In this document: one piece after another, positions 28,031 to 38,438 of the stretch
How positions within the stretch are numbered: the first letter of the stretch is position 1
Layout of the letters: every line of letters begins with the position of its first letter
Assembly: GCA_964445435.1 (NCBI GenBank)
Contig: CAYUKU010000005.1
Location: 6,627-70,626, forward strand
DNA: 64,000 nt
Reading direction: 5' to 3'
DNA from: an uncultured Gammaproteobacteria bacterium
GTDB lineage: Bacteria; Patescibacteriota; Microgenomatia; UBA10105; UBA927
The notes under the pieces: model-generated
Database searches by the model: none
What the model saw: only the letters and a program-made list of their open reading frames with translations
Told to the model about the DNA's origin: nothing
Translations under genes and position numbers: made by a program

Positions 28031-28175
28031 TGACATGTGTCCCGAGTACCGACCGGGACGATACAGTCCCGCTAAAAACGGGAACGGGTATGCCCGTAAC
28101 AGCTGCCAATGAGAAGTAAATAAGGTGGTACCACGAGTAACCGCTCGTCCTTATAGGGAAGGAGGCGGTTTTTTT
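28031..28175 (+). promoter_or_regulatory. T-box riboswitch (Pro), ultra-short Stem I, transcription attenuator
   Basis: T-box AATAAGGTGGTACCACG...CGTCCTT, terminator AACCGC...GCGGTT-T5, CCCGTAAC stem IIA/B-like motif, CCG in the 5' hairpin loop; upstream of csaA-proS. Confidence 0.85.
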
Positions 28176-28511
28176 ATGGCAACATATGATGATTTTTTGA
28201 AACTTGATATTCGGGTCGGGAAGATAATCACAGTTGACGATTTTCCAGAGGCGCGAAAGCCCGCCTACAAAATCACGATCGACTTCGGATCAGAGATTGG
28301 CACGAAGCGAAGTAGTGTCCAGATAGTCAAGCACTATAAGAAGGAGGATCTGCTTGGGAAAAAAGTCCTGGGTGTGGTCAATTTCCCTCCACGGCAAATC
28401 GGTCCTTTTCTATCAGAAGTACTTACGTTGGGTGTTCCCGATACTGATCATGAGTGTATACTGATAGTGCCGGACATGGACGATGCTGTTGTGGGCGGTA
28501 AATTATATTAA
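28176..28511 (+). CDS. csaA: tRNA-binding protein / chaperone CsaA
   Basis: DFLKLDIRVG, FPEARKPAYK, NFPPRQIG..SEVLTLG; start corrected. Confidence 0.9.
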   Translation: MATYDDFLKLDIRVGKIITVDDFPEARKPAYKITIDFGSEIGTKRSSVQIVKHYKKEDLLGKKVLGVVNFPPRQIGPFLSEVLTLGVPDTDHECILIVPDMDDAVVGGKLY

Positions 28512-28519
28512 GGAGCAGT

Positions 28520-29971
28520 ATGAAACAATCATTTGAAAAAAAGGAACTAAAAAAACGAAGCGAGAATCTTTCGGACTGGTATACGGACGTGATTCTCAAA
28601 GCGGAACTAGCTGACTACGCGCCGGTGAAAGGCACGATGGTTATCAGGCCTTATGGGTACGCAATCTGGGAACATGTCCAAGAGATTATGAACGGCTTCA
28701 TGAAGGCGGCCGGTATAGAAAACGCATATTTTCCGCTCTTTATTCCGCATTCGCTTCTTGAGAAGGAAAAGGAACATGTCGAAGGGTTTTCTCCTGAACT
28801 CGCCATCGTGACGATCGGTGGAGGGGAGAAGCTGAAAGACCCCCTGGTTGTGCGTCCCACAAGCGAGACGATCATGTACGAGATGTATAAGAAGTGGATC
28901 CAAAGCTGGCGTGATCTGCCGCTTCTTATTAACCAATGGAATAACGTTATCCGGTGGGAGAAGCGTACGTACCTTTTTATGCGCACGATGGAATTTCTGT
29001 GGCATGAGGGACACACGGCTCACGAAACGGAGAAAGACGCAGTCGACCTCATCATGAAGACCCTGAACTGGTACAAAACGATCTACGAAGAATATTACGC
29101 AATTCCCGTTATCATCGGGTATAAGAGTCAAGCGGAAAAATTTGCGGGTGCGAAGGATACCTACACGGTGGAAATGCTTATGCCGGACGGCAAGGCGCTC
29201 CAGGGCGCCACATCTCACAATCTGGGTCAGAATTTTTCCGTCCCCTTTGAGATTAAATTCCAAAACCGGGAGGGAAAAGAGGATTTCGTCTGGCAGACCT
29301 CCTGGGCGATTACCACGCGGTCGATAGGGGCGCTCGTACTGACGCACGGAGACGATTCTGGGCTTATCATTCCTCCGAAGATCGCACCTATTCAGGTGGT
29401 TATCATGCCCATAACCAGGAAAGATTCGGCCAAGACGAAAGAGCTTCTTGCCTACTGCGGGGAGATGAAAGAAGCACTGAATAACGGTGGTATCAGAAGC
29501 AGGTTTGACGAGCGTACCGAGCCAAGCGTCGGACGAAGGTTTAACGAATGGGAGCTCAAGGGGGTACCACTCCGGTTTGAAGTCGGGGAGAAAGAGCTTG
29601 CCAATCGCAGTGTGACCATAGCCCGCCGGGATACCGGAGAAAAAACAACGGTTGACCGTCAGGACATGCTTACGACGACCGAGAAGCTTCTCAAGGAAAT
29701 TCAGCAGTTCCGATTTGGGGTCGCGAAGCGTTTCTTGGAGACAAACACGCATGACGCATCCACCTACGAAGCATTTAAGAAGATTATGAGCTCGACCCGC
29801 GGTTTTATCCGTGCCCTCTGGTGTGAGGAAAGAAGTTGTGAGGCGGCGATAAAAGAAGAAACCAAGGCTACGACGAGGTGCCTGCCGCTTGACGAAAAAG
29901 AAGTAAACGGTGTATGCGTCCACTGCGGTAAGCCTGCAAAACATCGTTGGATCTTCGCCCAAGCATACTAA
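28520..29971 (+). CDS. proS: proline--tRNA ligase (archaeal/eukaryote type)
   Basis: RPTSET, RWE.RT..F.RT.EFLW.EGH, GATSH.LGQNF, C-terminal zinc site and terminal AY. Confidence 0.97.
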   Translation: MKQSFEKKELKKRSENLSDWYTDVILKAELADYAPVKGTMVIRPYGYAIWEHVQEIMNGFMKAAGIENAYFPLFIPHSLLEKEKEHVEGFSPELAIVTIGGGEKLKDPLVVRPTSETIMYEMYKKWIQSWRDLPLLINQWNNVIRWEKRTYLFMRTMEFLWHEGHTAHETEKDAVDLIMKTLNWYKTIYEEYYAIPVIIGYKSQAEKFAGAKDTYTVEMLMPDGKALQGATSHNLGQNFSVPFEIKFQNREGKEDFVWQTSWAITTRSIGALVLTHGDDSGLIIPPKIAPIQVVIMPITRKDSAKTKELLAYCGEMKEALNNGGIRSRFDERTEPSVGRRFNEWELKGVPLRFEVGEKELANRSVTIARRDTGEKTTVDRQDMLTTTEKLLKEIQQFRFGVAKRFLETNTHDASTYEAFKKIMSSTRGFIRALWCEERSCEAAIKEETKATTRCLPLDEKEVNGVCVHCGKPAKHRWIFAQAY

Positions 29972-29987
29972 TGGTATACTCAAAGGC

Positions 29988-30824
29988 ATGAAAACTATCG
30001 TAACCCATATCGGTCCTGACTGTGACGCGATTACGAGCGTGTGGCTCGTGAAAACGTTTCTTCCCGGTTGGGAAGAAGCGGGATACGCCTTTGTGCCAGC
30101 CGGCAAGACACTTGGCGATTTGCCGCCCGATGACAACCCGGAGATTCTCCATGTGGATACCGGCTTCGGTAAATTCGATCACCACCAGACGAATGCAGAC
30201 ACCTGCGCCGCTAAACTCGTTTACGAAGCGGTGAGAGCTGAGCATGGCCCTGATCCCGCGCTTGAGCGGATGGTAACACTCGTCAACGACATCGACCACT
30301 TCCGGGAGGTTTTCTATCCCAATCCTACCGCGGATTTCTGGCAATTTGGACTCGAAGCGCAAATTGATGGGTGGCGACTTTTGCACGCTGACAATCCCAT
30401 GAAAATTGTCGATCTGGGTATGGAAGCGCTCGACGGCATCTATAAATCGTTCCAGAATAAAATCTGGGCGGAGAAGGAATTGAAGGAAAAAGGTATCGAG
30501 TTTGAGACGAAATGGGGGAAGGGCATCGGTGTTGAGACCACGAATGACGACGTCGTCCACCTCGCCCAGAAGATGGGGTATGCAATTGCCATACGCAAGG
30601 ATCCCAAGAAGGGATATTTGCGCGTGAAGTCGCTCCCGAAGGACGAGATTGATCTGGAGCCTGTCTATGAGAGATTGAGGGGAGACGAACCGGGGGCCAC
30701 GTGGTTTTTGCACGCCAGCCACCATATGGTGTTAAACGGCAGCAGCAAGAATCCGGATATGAAACCGACCCAAAAAACGCTCACAGAAATTCTGGCTGTC
30801 ATAAAGGAGGTTACGCATGGATGA
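29988..30824 (+). CDS. DHH/MYG1-like phosphoesterase
   Basis: IVTH..PD.DA, VDTG.GKFDHHQ, WFLH.S..M.LNGS. Confidence 0.65.
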   Translation: MKTIVTHIGPDCDAITSVWLVKTFLPGWEEAGYAFVPAGKTLGDLPPDDNPEILHVDTGFGKFDHHQTNADTCAAKLVYEAVRAEHGPDPALERMVTLVNDIDHFREVFYPNPTADFWQFGLEAQIDGWRLLHADNPMKIVDLGMEALDGIYKSFQNKIWAEKELKEKGIEFETKWGKGIGVETTNDDVVHLAQKMGYAIAIRKDPKKGYLRVKSLPKDEIDLEPVYERLRGDEPGATWFLHASHHMVLNGSSKNPDMKPTQKTLTEILAVIKEVTHG

Positions 30825-31137
30825 CTGCATTTTTTGTGGGATTGCGCAGGGGAAGATTCCCGGAAATTTCGTCTATCAGGATGATGCGTTTATGGTCATT
30901 CGGGATATTCATCCGCAGGCTCCGGTGCACCTTTTGGTGATCCCCAAGAAACACGTTTCCGATTTTATGGAGGCCGACGAGAAAACGGTGTCTCAGCTTT
31001 TTTCAATTGCCCGGCAGATGATCAAAAGTCAGAACATTACTGATTATCGGTTGGTAAACAATGGACAGGGTGCTGCAATGATCGGACATATGCATCTTCA
31101 TATTCTCGGAAAGGTTGATAAGACGCGCTCGTTATAG
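30817..31137 (+). CDS. HIT-family nucleotide hydrolase
   Basis: DCIFC, DIHPQAPVH, HMHLH triad. Confidence 0.92.
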   Translation: MDDCIFCGIAQGKIPGNFVYQDDAFMVIRDIHPQAPVHLLVIPKKHVSDFMEADEKTVSQLFSIARQMIKSQNITDYRLVNNGQGAAMIGHMHLHILGKVDKTRSL

Positions 31138-31209
31138 GCTCACTTTCAGTCTCTCATTTGCCCTTTTTCGTGATATAATACGACCAGAAAGCGAGGTGTT
31201 TTTCTTTCT

Positions 31210-31398
31210 ATGGTATTTGTGAAAGCCCAACCTGGTGACTCATCAGATTCTCTTATTCGCAAGTTTTCCCGCAAAGTTTTAGCGGAAGGAATTCTCCAGG
31301 ATCTCAAAAAGCGCGAGTTTTATCAGAAACCCGCCGAGGTCCGCAAGGAAAAGAAACGTGAACTTGCCCGTCGACTACGGCATCCGAACAGAGGATAA
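31210..31398 (+). CDS. rpsU: 30S ribosomal protein S21
   Basis: LIRKFSRKV...GIL..LKKREFYQKP; HIT-rpsU-yqeY synteny. Confidence 0.92.
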   Translation: MVFVKAQPGDSSDSLIRKFSRKVLAEGILQDLKKREFYQKPAEVRKEKKRELARRLRHPNRG

Positions 31399-31408
31399 TA
31401 TTTATACC

Positions 31409-31858
31409 ATGACGCTCTCGGATTTGCAGACCGATCTCAACGCTTCTCTCAAAGCAGGGAAGGTGTCCCGTGTGGCTACGCTGCGCCTCCTTATATCTGC
31501 GGTGCGCAATGTGGCGATAGCCAAATACGGTGCTTCGTGGGAGACGTCACTTACTCCGGCAGACATAGAGGACGTCGTCAAAAAGCAGATTAAAACGCAT
31601 AAAGAATCAATCGACGCCTTCACTGCTGCAGGACGAGGAGAGTTGGCTGCCAAAGAACAGGAAGAGCTCAATGTGCTCTCTGAATTTGCGCCGAAAGAAA
31701 TGAGCGATGATGAACTTGAGGCAATTCTTCGTCCCATCGCCGCAAGCGGTGAGGCAAATTTCGGACTTATGATGAAGTCGGCCATGGCCGCCGTAGCCGG
31801 GAAAGCCGATGGCGCACGAGTTTCTTCTGCCCTTAAGCGACTGACATCTTCCAAATGA
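31409..31858 (+). CDS. GatB/YqeY domain protein
   Basis: TLRLL, KKQIK..KESI..F...GR.EL..KE..EL, GKADG. Confidence 0.9.
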   Translation: MTLSDLQTDLNASLKAGKVSRVATLRLLISAVRNVAIAKYGASWETSLTPADIEDVVKKQIKTHKESIDAFTAAGRGELAAKEQEELNVLSEFAPKEMSDDELEAILRPIAASGEANFGLMMKSAMAAVAGKADGARVSSALKRLTSSK

Positions 31859-31884
31859 CGTGAAGTTGGTATATTGTGAATGGC

Positions 31885-32280
31885 ATGATTACAGTCCTGT
31901 TTCAGACGGAATCGCATTTCCCGGTGAATCGGAAGAAAATTATCGAAGCGGTGAACGGGACGCTCGCCTCGCGCGTAAAGGGAGATACTGAGGTAAGCAT
32001 TACAATCGTCGGAAACCGGCGCATGCGCGCTCTCAACCGCCGGTACCGTCAGATAGATGCAACCACGGACGTCTTATCTTTTCCGCAAAACGATCCTTCC
32101 CAGCCGGGCCACGCGTTTGTTGAAGCGCCTGACGGGATATTGCGTATGGGAGACATCATCGTATCGTACCCGCAGGCAGTGGAAGAGGCGGCAGCAGAAA
32201 ACAAGTTAGTCGATGACCAGATTACCTTTCTGGTTCTTCATGGGCTTGACCATCTGATGGGGATCCATCACCCGGAATAA
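31885..32280 (+). CDS. ybeY: rRNA maturation endoribonuclease YbeY
   Basis: LNRRYR..D..TDVLSFP, HGLDHLMGIHH. Confidence 0.93.
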   Translation: MITVLFQTESHFPVNRKKIIEAVNGTLASRVKGDTEVSITIVGNRRMRALNRRYRQIDATTDVLSFPQNDPSQPGHAFVEAPDGILRMGDIIVSYPQAVEEAAAENKLVDDQITFLVLHGLDHLMGIHHPE

Positions 32281-32283
32281 CCT

Positions 32284-33657
32284 ATGTCATTTTACCGAAG
32301 ATACCGCCCGATGGTGATTGACGAGATAGACAATGTCTCGGTGAGGAATGCGCTTCTCTCGCTTCTTACGAAGCCGAGGAAGGATCTGCCGCATGCATAT
32401 TTTTTTAGCGGCCCCCGGGGTGCCGGGAAAACAACGGCTGCCCGTGTGGTCGCCAAACTCTTTAACTGTGAAAAACCGGGGAAAAAGGGGGCATGCGGTG
32501 TTTGTGACCAGTGTGTTGCTATCGCAGACGGCCGGAATCTAGACGTCCTTGAGCTTGATGCCGCAAGCAATCGTGGTATTGACGAAATTCGGGCATTGAG
32601 AGACGGCATAGCTCTGGCTCCCGTCGCGGGCAAATACAAAATCTATATCATTGACGAAGTGCACATGTTGACGACGGAAGCGTTCAACGCGCTTCTTAAG
32701 ACCCTCGAAGAACCTCCCGCTCACGCGGTGTTTATTCTCGCTACCACGGATCCTCAGAAAGTTCCCGGTACGATTGTGTCCCGGTGCGTTCCGTTTATTT
32801 TTGCGAAGGCGAGCCCCAAGGAACTGCGAAGCGCCCTGTCCCGTATCGTCGAGGTGGAAAAGTTGACCATCAGTGACGATGCGCTTGAACGGATCGCCGA
32901 AGCGGCTGACGGATCGTTTCGCGACGCGGTCAAATATCTTGAGCAGGTGTCCTTTCATTCAGGCGCGATTGACCTTGTTGCCGTTGAGCGGATTTTGTCC
33001 TTGACGGCTGCCGGTTCGGCAGGTGAGTTTCTTGCAGCGGTATTTGCCCGCGATGCCAAGAAGGCACTATCGCATATCCAGACGATGGAATCCGCTGGTG
33101 TCGACATCAAATCTTTCATAACGCAGTGCTTGCGGGTCATGGAGCAGGCCCTTGTTGCCATGGCCAAAGGTGTTAAATCACCGCTTGACGTGGATGCGGA
33201 TTTTCTCAGGCGCGTGATCCGTACGTTTGCCCTTGCGCACGCGGAGATGAAGACTACGGCAATCGCCCAGTTGCCGCTTGAGCTTGCTGTCATTGAGCTG
33301 TGTGAAGAAGATAGGCCGCACGAGGCCGTACCGCCGAAAGAAGTGCCGCAGACTCCCGCAACCAGCACGGTTAAAAAAGAGCCGAAGCCCGACGTTACGA
33401 CACTCACCGTTGAGAAGCTTGCTGACCACTGGCCGGACCTCATTGCCGCGCTTAAGCCATATAACCATTCGGTAGCGGGCGTCATGCGCTCTACTAGACC
33501 GAAAGCCGTTGAAGGTGGTATAGTGGTGATCGAAGCATATTATACCTTCCACAAAGATAAGCTGTCCGAATCCAAAACCCGTGATATATTATGCGAGGTT
33601 TTGAAGAAACTCTTTGGCGAGAAAGTAAAAGTAGAAGTCGTATTGGGAAAAAAGTAA
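32284..33657 (+). CDS. dnaX: DNA polymerase III subunit gamma/tau
   Basis: GPRGAGKTT, ELDAASNRG, IIDEVHML, LLKTLEEPP, SRC. Confidence 0.96.
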   Translation: MSFYRRYRPMVIDEIDNVSVRNALLSLLTKPRKDLPHAYFFSGPRGAGKTTAARVVAKLFNCEKPGKKGACGVCDQCVAIADGRNLDVLELDAASNRGIDEIRALRDGIALAPVAGKYKIYIIDEVHMLTTEAFNALLKTLEEPPAHAVFILATTDPQKVPGTIVSRCVPFIFAKASPKELRSALSRIVEVEKLTISDDALERIAEAADGSFRDAVKYLEQVSFHSGAIDLVAVERILSLTAAGSAGEFLAAVFARDAKKALSHIQTMESAGVDIKSFITQCLRVMEQALVAMAKGVKSPLDVDADFLRRVIRTFALAHAEMKTTAIAQLPLELAVIELCEEDRPHEAVPPKEVPQTPATSTVKKEPKPDVTTLTVEKLADHWPDLIAALKPYNHSVAGVMRSTRPKAVEGGIVVIEAYYTFHKDKLSESKTRDILCEVLKKLFGEKVKVEVVLGKK

Positions 33658-33669
33658 AAGGAGGCTCAT

Positions 33670-33936
33670 ATGATGAATCCATTTAAGATGCTCGGTGACA
33701 TAAACGCCATGCGTAAACAAGCCATGGCAATCCAGCAGGCACTCGAGAAGGAAGAGTTTGAAGTAGTGCAGGGCAATGTCCGCATCCTTATAAGCGGCAA
33801 CCAGAACGTGAAGATCGTCGAGATCGACGGTGTAGCCGACGAAAACATACGCCGCGCGATTAACGACGCCATTAAACGCTCCCAGCAGGCGGCTGCAGGC
33901 AAGCTTGCCGAATTATCCAAGTCCATGGGTCAGTAA
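33670..33936 (+). CDS. nucleoid-associated protein YbaB/EbfC
   Basis: Follows dnaX; KQA..IQ..L, ISGNQ, AINDA. Confidence 0.8.
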   Translation: MMNPFKMLGDINAMRKQAMAIQQALEKEEFEVVQGNVRILISGNQNVKIVEIDGVADENIRRAINDAIKRSQQAAAGKLAELSKSMGQ

Positions 33937-33942
33937 GCCTCT

Positions 33943-34884
33943 ATGGGTGTTGTCGTCACCGGTACGCTTGGATTTGACTATATCATGAATTTCTCCGGGC
34001 GGTTTGCCGACCGGATCATGCCGGACAAGATTCACCAGCTTTCTTTGAGTTTCCTTGTCGATACCCTTCACAAACAGTTTGGTGGCACCGCAGGAAACAT
34101 CGCCTACACGCTCAAGCTGTTGGGGGTTGAACCGGAGCTTCTGGCGCCGGCGGGATATGATTTTGCGCCCTATGAGGATTTTTTGCGCAAGCACAAGATT
34201 CGCATTTCGGGCATTCCGGTCCATGGCGATGTCGCCACAAGCGCCTATTTCGTGATGACGGATCAGGAGGATAATCAGATCGGATCCTTCTATGTGGGCG
34301 CGACGAAATACGCGAAAGATCTGAAGATCGCCTCAGTGAAACCCAAAGCAACCTTTGCCATCCTCGCGCCGACGGACCCATTGGCTATGAAGCGCTACAT
34401 AACAGAGTGTAAGAAATTACGCATCCCATACCTTTACGATCCCGCATTTCAGATCGGTAATTTCTCGGCTGATGAATTGAAAGACGGCATTGTCCATGCG
34501 CGGATTCTCATCGGGAACGATTATGAGATTGCGCTTATCGAACGCAAACTTGCGATTTCCCATGAAGAGCTTGTCCTTATGGTACCGATACTGGTTACCA
34601 CGTTGGGAAGCCGCGGTTCAGTTATCGAGACACGGTACGATGCGATTCATGTGAAGGCGGCCAAACCCGCAAATACGAGCGATCCGACCGGGGCCGGAGA
34701 CGCGTATCGCGCGGGATTTGTGGCAGGATATCTTAAGGATTTTGACCTTGCCGTATGCGGACAGATGGGGGCCACCGCGGCTGTCTATACAGTGGAGAAA
34801 TACGGAACCCAGACGCACGAGTTCACGAAAAAGGAATTCATCAAACGATACCAGGCGAATTTTGCCGGTTCTCTCAAATTGTGA
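33943..34884 (+). CDS. PfkB-family nucleoside kinase (adenosine kinase-like)
   Basis: GTLGFDYIM, LSLSFLV, GGTAGNIAY, DPTGAGDAYRAG; resembles the mycobacterial-type adenosine kinase. Confidence 0.85.
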   Translation: MGVVVTGTLGFDYIMNFSGRFADRIMPDKIHQLSLSFLVDTLHKQFGGTAGNIAYTLKLLGVEPELLAPAGYDFAPYEDFLRKHKIRISGIPVHGDVATSAYFVMTDQEDNQIGSFYVGATKYAKDLKIASVKPKATFAILAPTDPLAMKRYITECKKLRIPYLYDPAFQIGNFSADELKDGIVHARILIGNDYEIALIERKLAISHEELVLMVPILVTTLGSRGSVIETRYDAIHVKAAKPANTSDPTGAGDAYRAGFVAGYLKDFDLAVCGQMGATAAVYTVEKYGTQTHEFTKKEFIKRYQANFAGSLKL

Positions 34885-34894
34885 TATATACTAA

Positions 34895-36211
<1,317 letters not shown>

Positions 36212-36263
36212 ATAATTTACCCTTTGACAACCGAAGCGCCGGTCCGTATACTCTCCCGCTAGG

Positions 36264-37622
36264 ATGTATTACGATTCAATTCTGGACCTTATTGGTCAGA
36301 CGCCGCTTCTTCGCATCCGTAGTTTTCACAAAAACCCCGACGTTACCCTGTTGGCCAAGCTTGAATTTATGAATCCCGGCGGATCGGTGAAGGACCGTAT
36401 TGGTCCTGCCATGATCAACCGCGCGGAGAAAATGGGAAAACTGAAAAAAGGCGGTACGATCGTCGAGCCCACAAGCGGCAACACCGGAACCGGACTTGCG
36501 ATGGTTGCGGCGGTGCGCGGATATAAGACGGTTTTTGTGATGCCGGACAAGATGAGCGACGAGAAGCGAAATCTTCTGCGAGCCTACGGAGCCAAGGTCG
36601 TGATCACTCCGACCGCAGTTCTGGCGCGCGACGAGCGAAGTTACTACAAAGTATCGGACCGTCTGGCTCAGGAGATACCCGGAGCCTACAAACCCGATCA
36701 ATACCACAATCCGGCCAACCCCCAGGTTCACTATGAAACGACTGGGCCTGAGATCTGGAAACAGACCGAAGGCAAAATTACTCATTTCGTCTGCGGCATG
36801 GGAACAGGCGGAACCATAACAGGAGTTGGGAAGTTTTTGAAAGAGAAAAACCCCAATATCAAGATCATCGGCGTTGATCCTGAAGGATCGGTGTTTACCC
36901 AATACAAGAAAACAGGCAAGTTCCCGGATGTGATGAAAACGTACAAGGTCGAGGGAGTCGGAGAAGATTTCATCCCGTCGACAATCGACTTCCGGTATAT
37001 CGATGACGTTATCCAGGTTGGCGATCGCGAATGCTTCACGACGGCCAGACGGCTTGCTCGCGAAGAAGGAGTTCTGGCAGGCGGATCATCGGGGATGGCG
37101 CTTTATGCGGCTTCGCGCGTATGTAATGCGCTGAGAAAAGGTCTTGTTGTTGTGCTGTTTCCCGATTCCGGCAAATCGTATCTTTCCAAGATGTACTCGG
37201 ATGACTGGATGCGGGAAAACGGATTTCTCGCGCCGGACGGGAAACTGGGGAAGATCGGGGATGTGCTTGGTGCCAAGCGTGGTGCACGTATGGTGAGCAT
37301 ATCGTCGCGTGATACGGTGAAGAAAGCTATCCAGATTATGAAGAAAAAAGATATTTCCCAGATGCCCGTTATTGACGGAAATAAGGTCCTGGGGAAGGTT
37401 ACCGAACGGCACCTTCTGACCGGGTTGTACAAAAAAAGTATCGGTCCTTCCAATCACATCGCCGCTACTTTGGATCCCAATGTAATGAAAGTAAGCGCCG
37501 AGGAGTCGATCGATCACGTATCGCAGCTTCTGGAGCTGGAGAATTTGGTCGTAGTGGTGGACGGTTCGGGCAGGCCGCTTGGTGTCGTGACACGCATTGA
37601 TCTTATTGATTATTATACCTAG
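36264..37622 (+). CDS. cystathionine beta-synthase (PLP domain plus C-terminal CBS pair)
   Basis: NPGGSVKDR, EPTSGNTG, GMGTGGT, YKVEGVGEDF, YLSK.YSDDWM, CBS domains. Confidence 0.9.
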   Translation: MYYDSILDLIGQTPLLRIRSFHKNPDVTLLAKLEFMNPGGSVKDRIGPAMINRAEKMGKLKKGGTIVEPTSGNTGTGLAMVAAVRGYKTVFVMPDKMSDEKRNLLRAYGAKVVITPTAVLARDERSYYKVSDRLAQEIPGAYKPDQYHNPANPQVHYETTGPEIWKQTEGKITHFVCGMGTGGTITGVGKFLKEKNPNIKIIGVDPEGSVFTQYKKTGKFPDVMKTYKVEGVGEDFIPSTIDFRYIDDVIQVGDRECFTTARRLAREEGVLAGGSSGMALYAASRVCNALRKGLVVVLFPDSGKSYLSKMYSDDWMRENGFLAPDGKLGKIGDVLGAKRGARMVSISSRDTVKKAIQIMKKKDISQMPVIDGNKVLGKVTERHLLTGLYKKSIGPSNHIAATLDPNVMKVSAEESIDHVSQLLELENLVVVVDGSGRPLGVVTRIDLIDYYT

Positions 37623-37643
37623 TTTCTCTACAATACCCCTATC

Positions 37644-38435
37644 GTGGGAGAGCAAGTGTTTATCCAGCTCATTGCAGACTACGGCATCGGCGACCCCTCA
37701 TTTGGGGAGGTTATTCAGAAGCTGGCTTTTTTGGATCCAACCGCACGCGTCGTTCGCACCTCCGTGCCTCCGTTTAGCACCCTTTCCACTGGGTTTTGGA
37801 CCGCCCAGTACGCGCTTGTCAATCCCGTGCCCCGAATGATGATATACACCAACACAGCGCCCCGGAAGGACAACAAGGAATCCCGCGACAAGAATGAAGG
37901 CGAGCACCTGGTATACGCTGAATTGAAAAACGGCGTGAAGGTTGTCGGGGTAAACGCAGGTTTTTGTTTTTCTTTTGTCAAGCAGCACGTCAGGGGTTTG
38001 TATAAGGTTAATGTAGCAAACAAAGGCTCGCAATTCCGTTCCCGGGATTTCTACCCGGAAGCAGTCATAGGGATTGCGAAAGGAGAGAAAAAATTCGTGG
38101 GAGAGAAGATAAATCTCTCCTCGGTTCCCGATGTGCCGCCGCGGCGGGTAGCATGGATAGACGGATACGGTAATATGAAAACAACTATGCGTGCAAGCGA
38201 GACGAAGTCATTTACGCCGGGTCAGCCGCTTCTGGTTATGATCGGGAATATGAAAAGGACCGCATGGTTTTCAGACGGTTCATTCAGCGTCCGGGAAGGG
38301 GAGCTCGCGTTTGCACCAGGCTCTTCGGGCGGTGAAGACCGGTTCATGGAGTTGTTTTTACGCGGTTTGTCTGCCTGGAAAGAGCTCGGAAAGCCGGAAA
38401 TAGAATCAGAGTTTACCATCGAAGCGATGGAATAA
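37644..38435 (+). CDS. SAM adenosyltransferase family protein (DUF62/chlorinase/fluorinase superfamily), divergent
   Basis: LIADYG..D, QFRSRDF, WIDGYGNMKT and C-terminal beta-barrel pattern. Confidence 0.7.
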   Translation: MGEQVFIQLIADYGIGDPSFGEVIQKLAFLDPTARVVRTSVPPFSTLSTGFWTAQYALVNPVPRMMIYTNTAPRKDNKESRDKNEGEHLVYAELKNGVKVVGVNAGFCFSFVKQHVRGLYKVNVANKGSQFRSRDFYPEAVIGIAKGEKKFVGEKINLSSVPDVPPRRVAWIDGYGNMKTTMRASETKSFTPGQPLLVMIGNMKRTAWFSDGSFSVREGELAFAPGSSGGEDRFMELFLRGLSAWKELGKPEIESEFTIEAME

Positions 38436-38438
38436 ACT

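Noticed and set aside
28607-30136. 509-aa antisense ORF and other long shadow ORFs (e.g. 29868-30725, 45586-46365, 22142-22873)
   Set aside because: They lie opposite well-supported housekeeping genes and have no motifs
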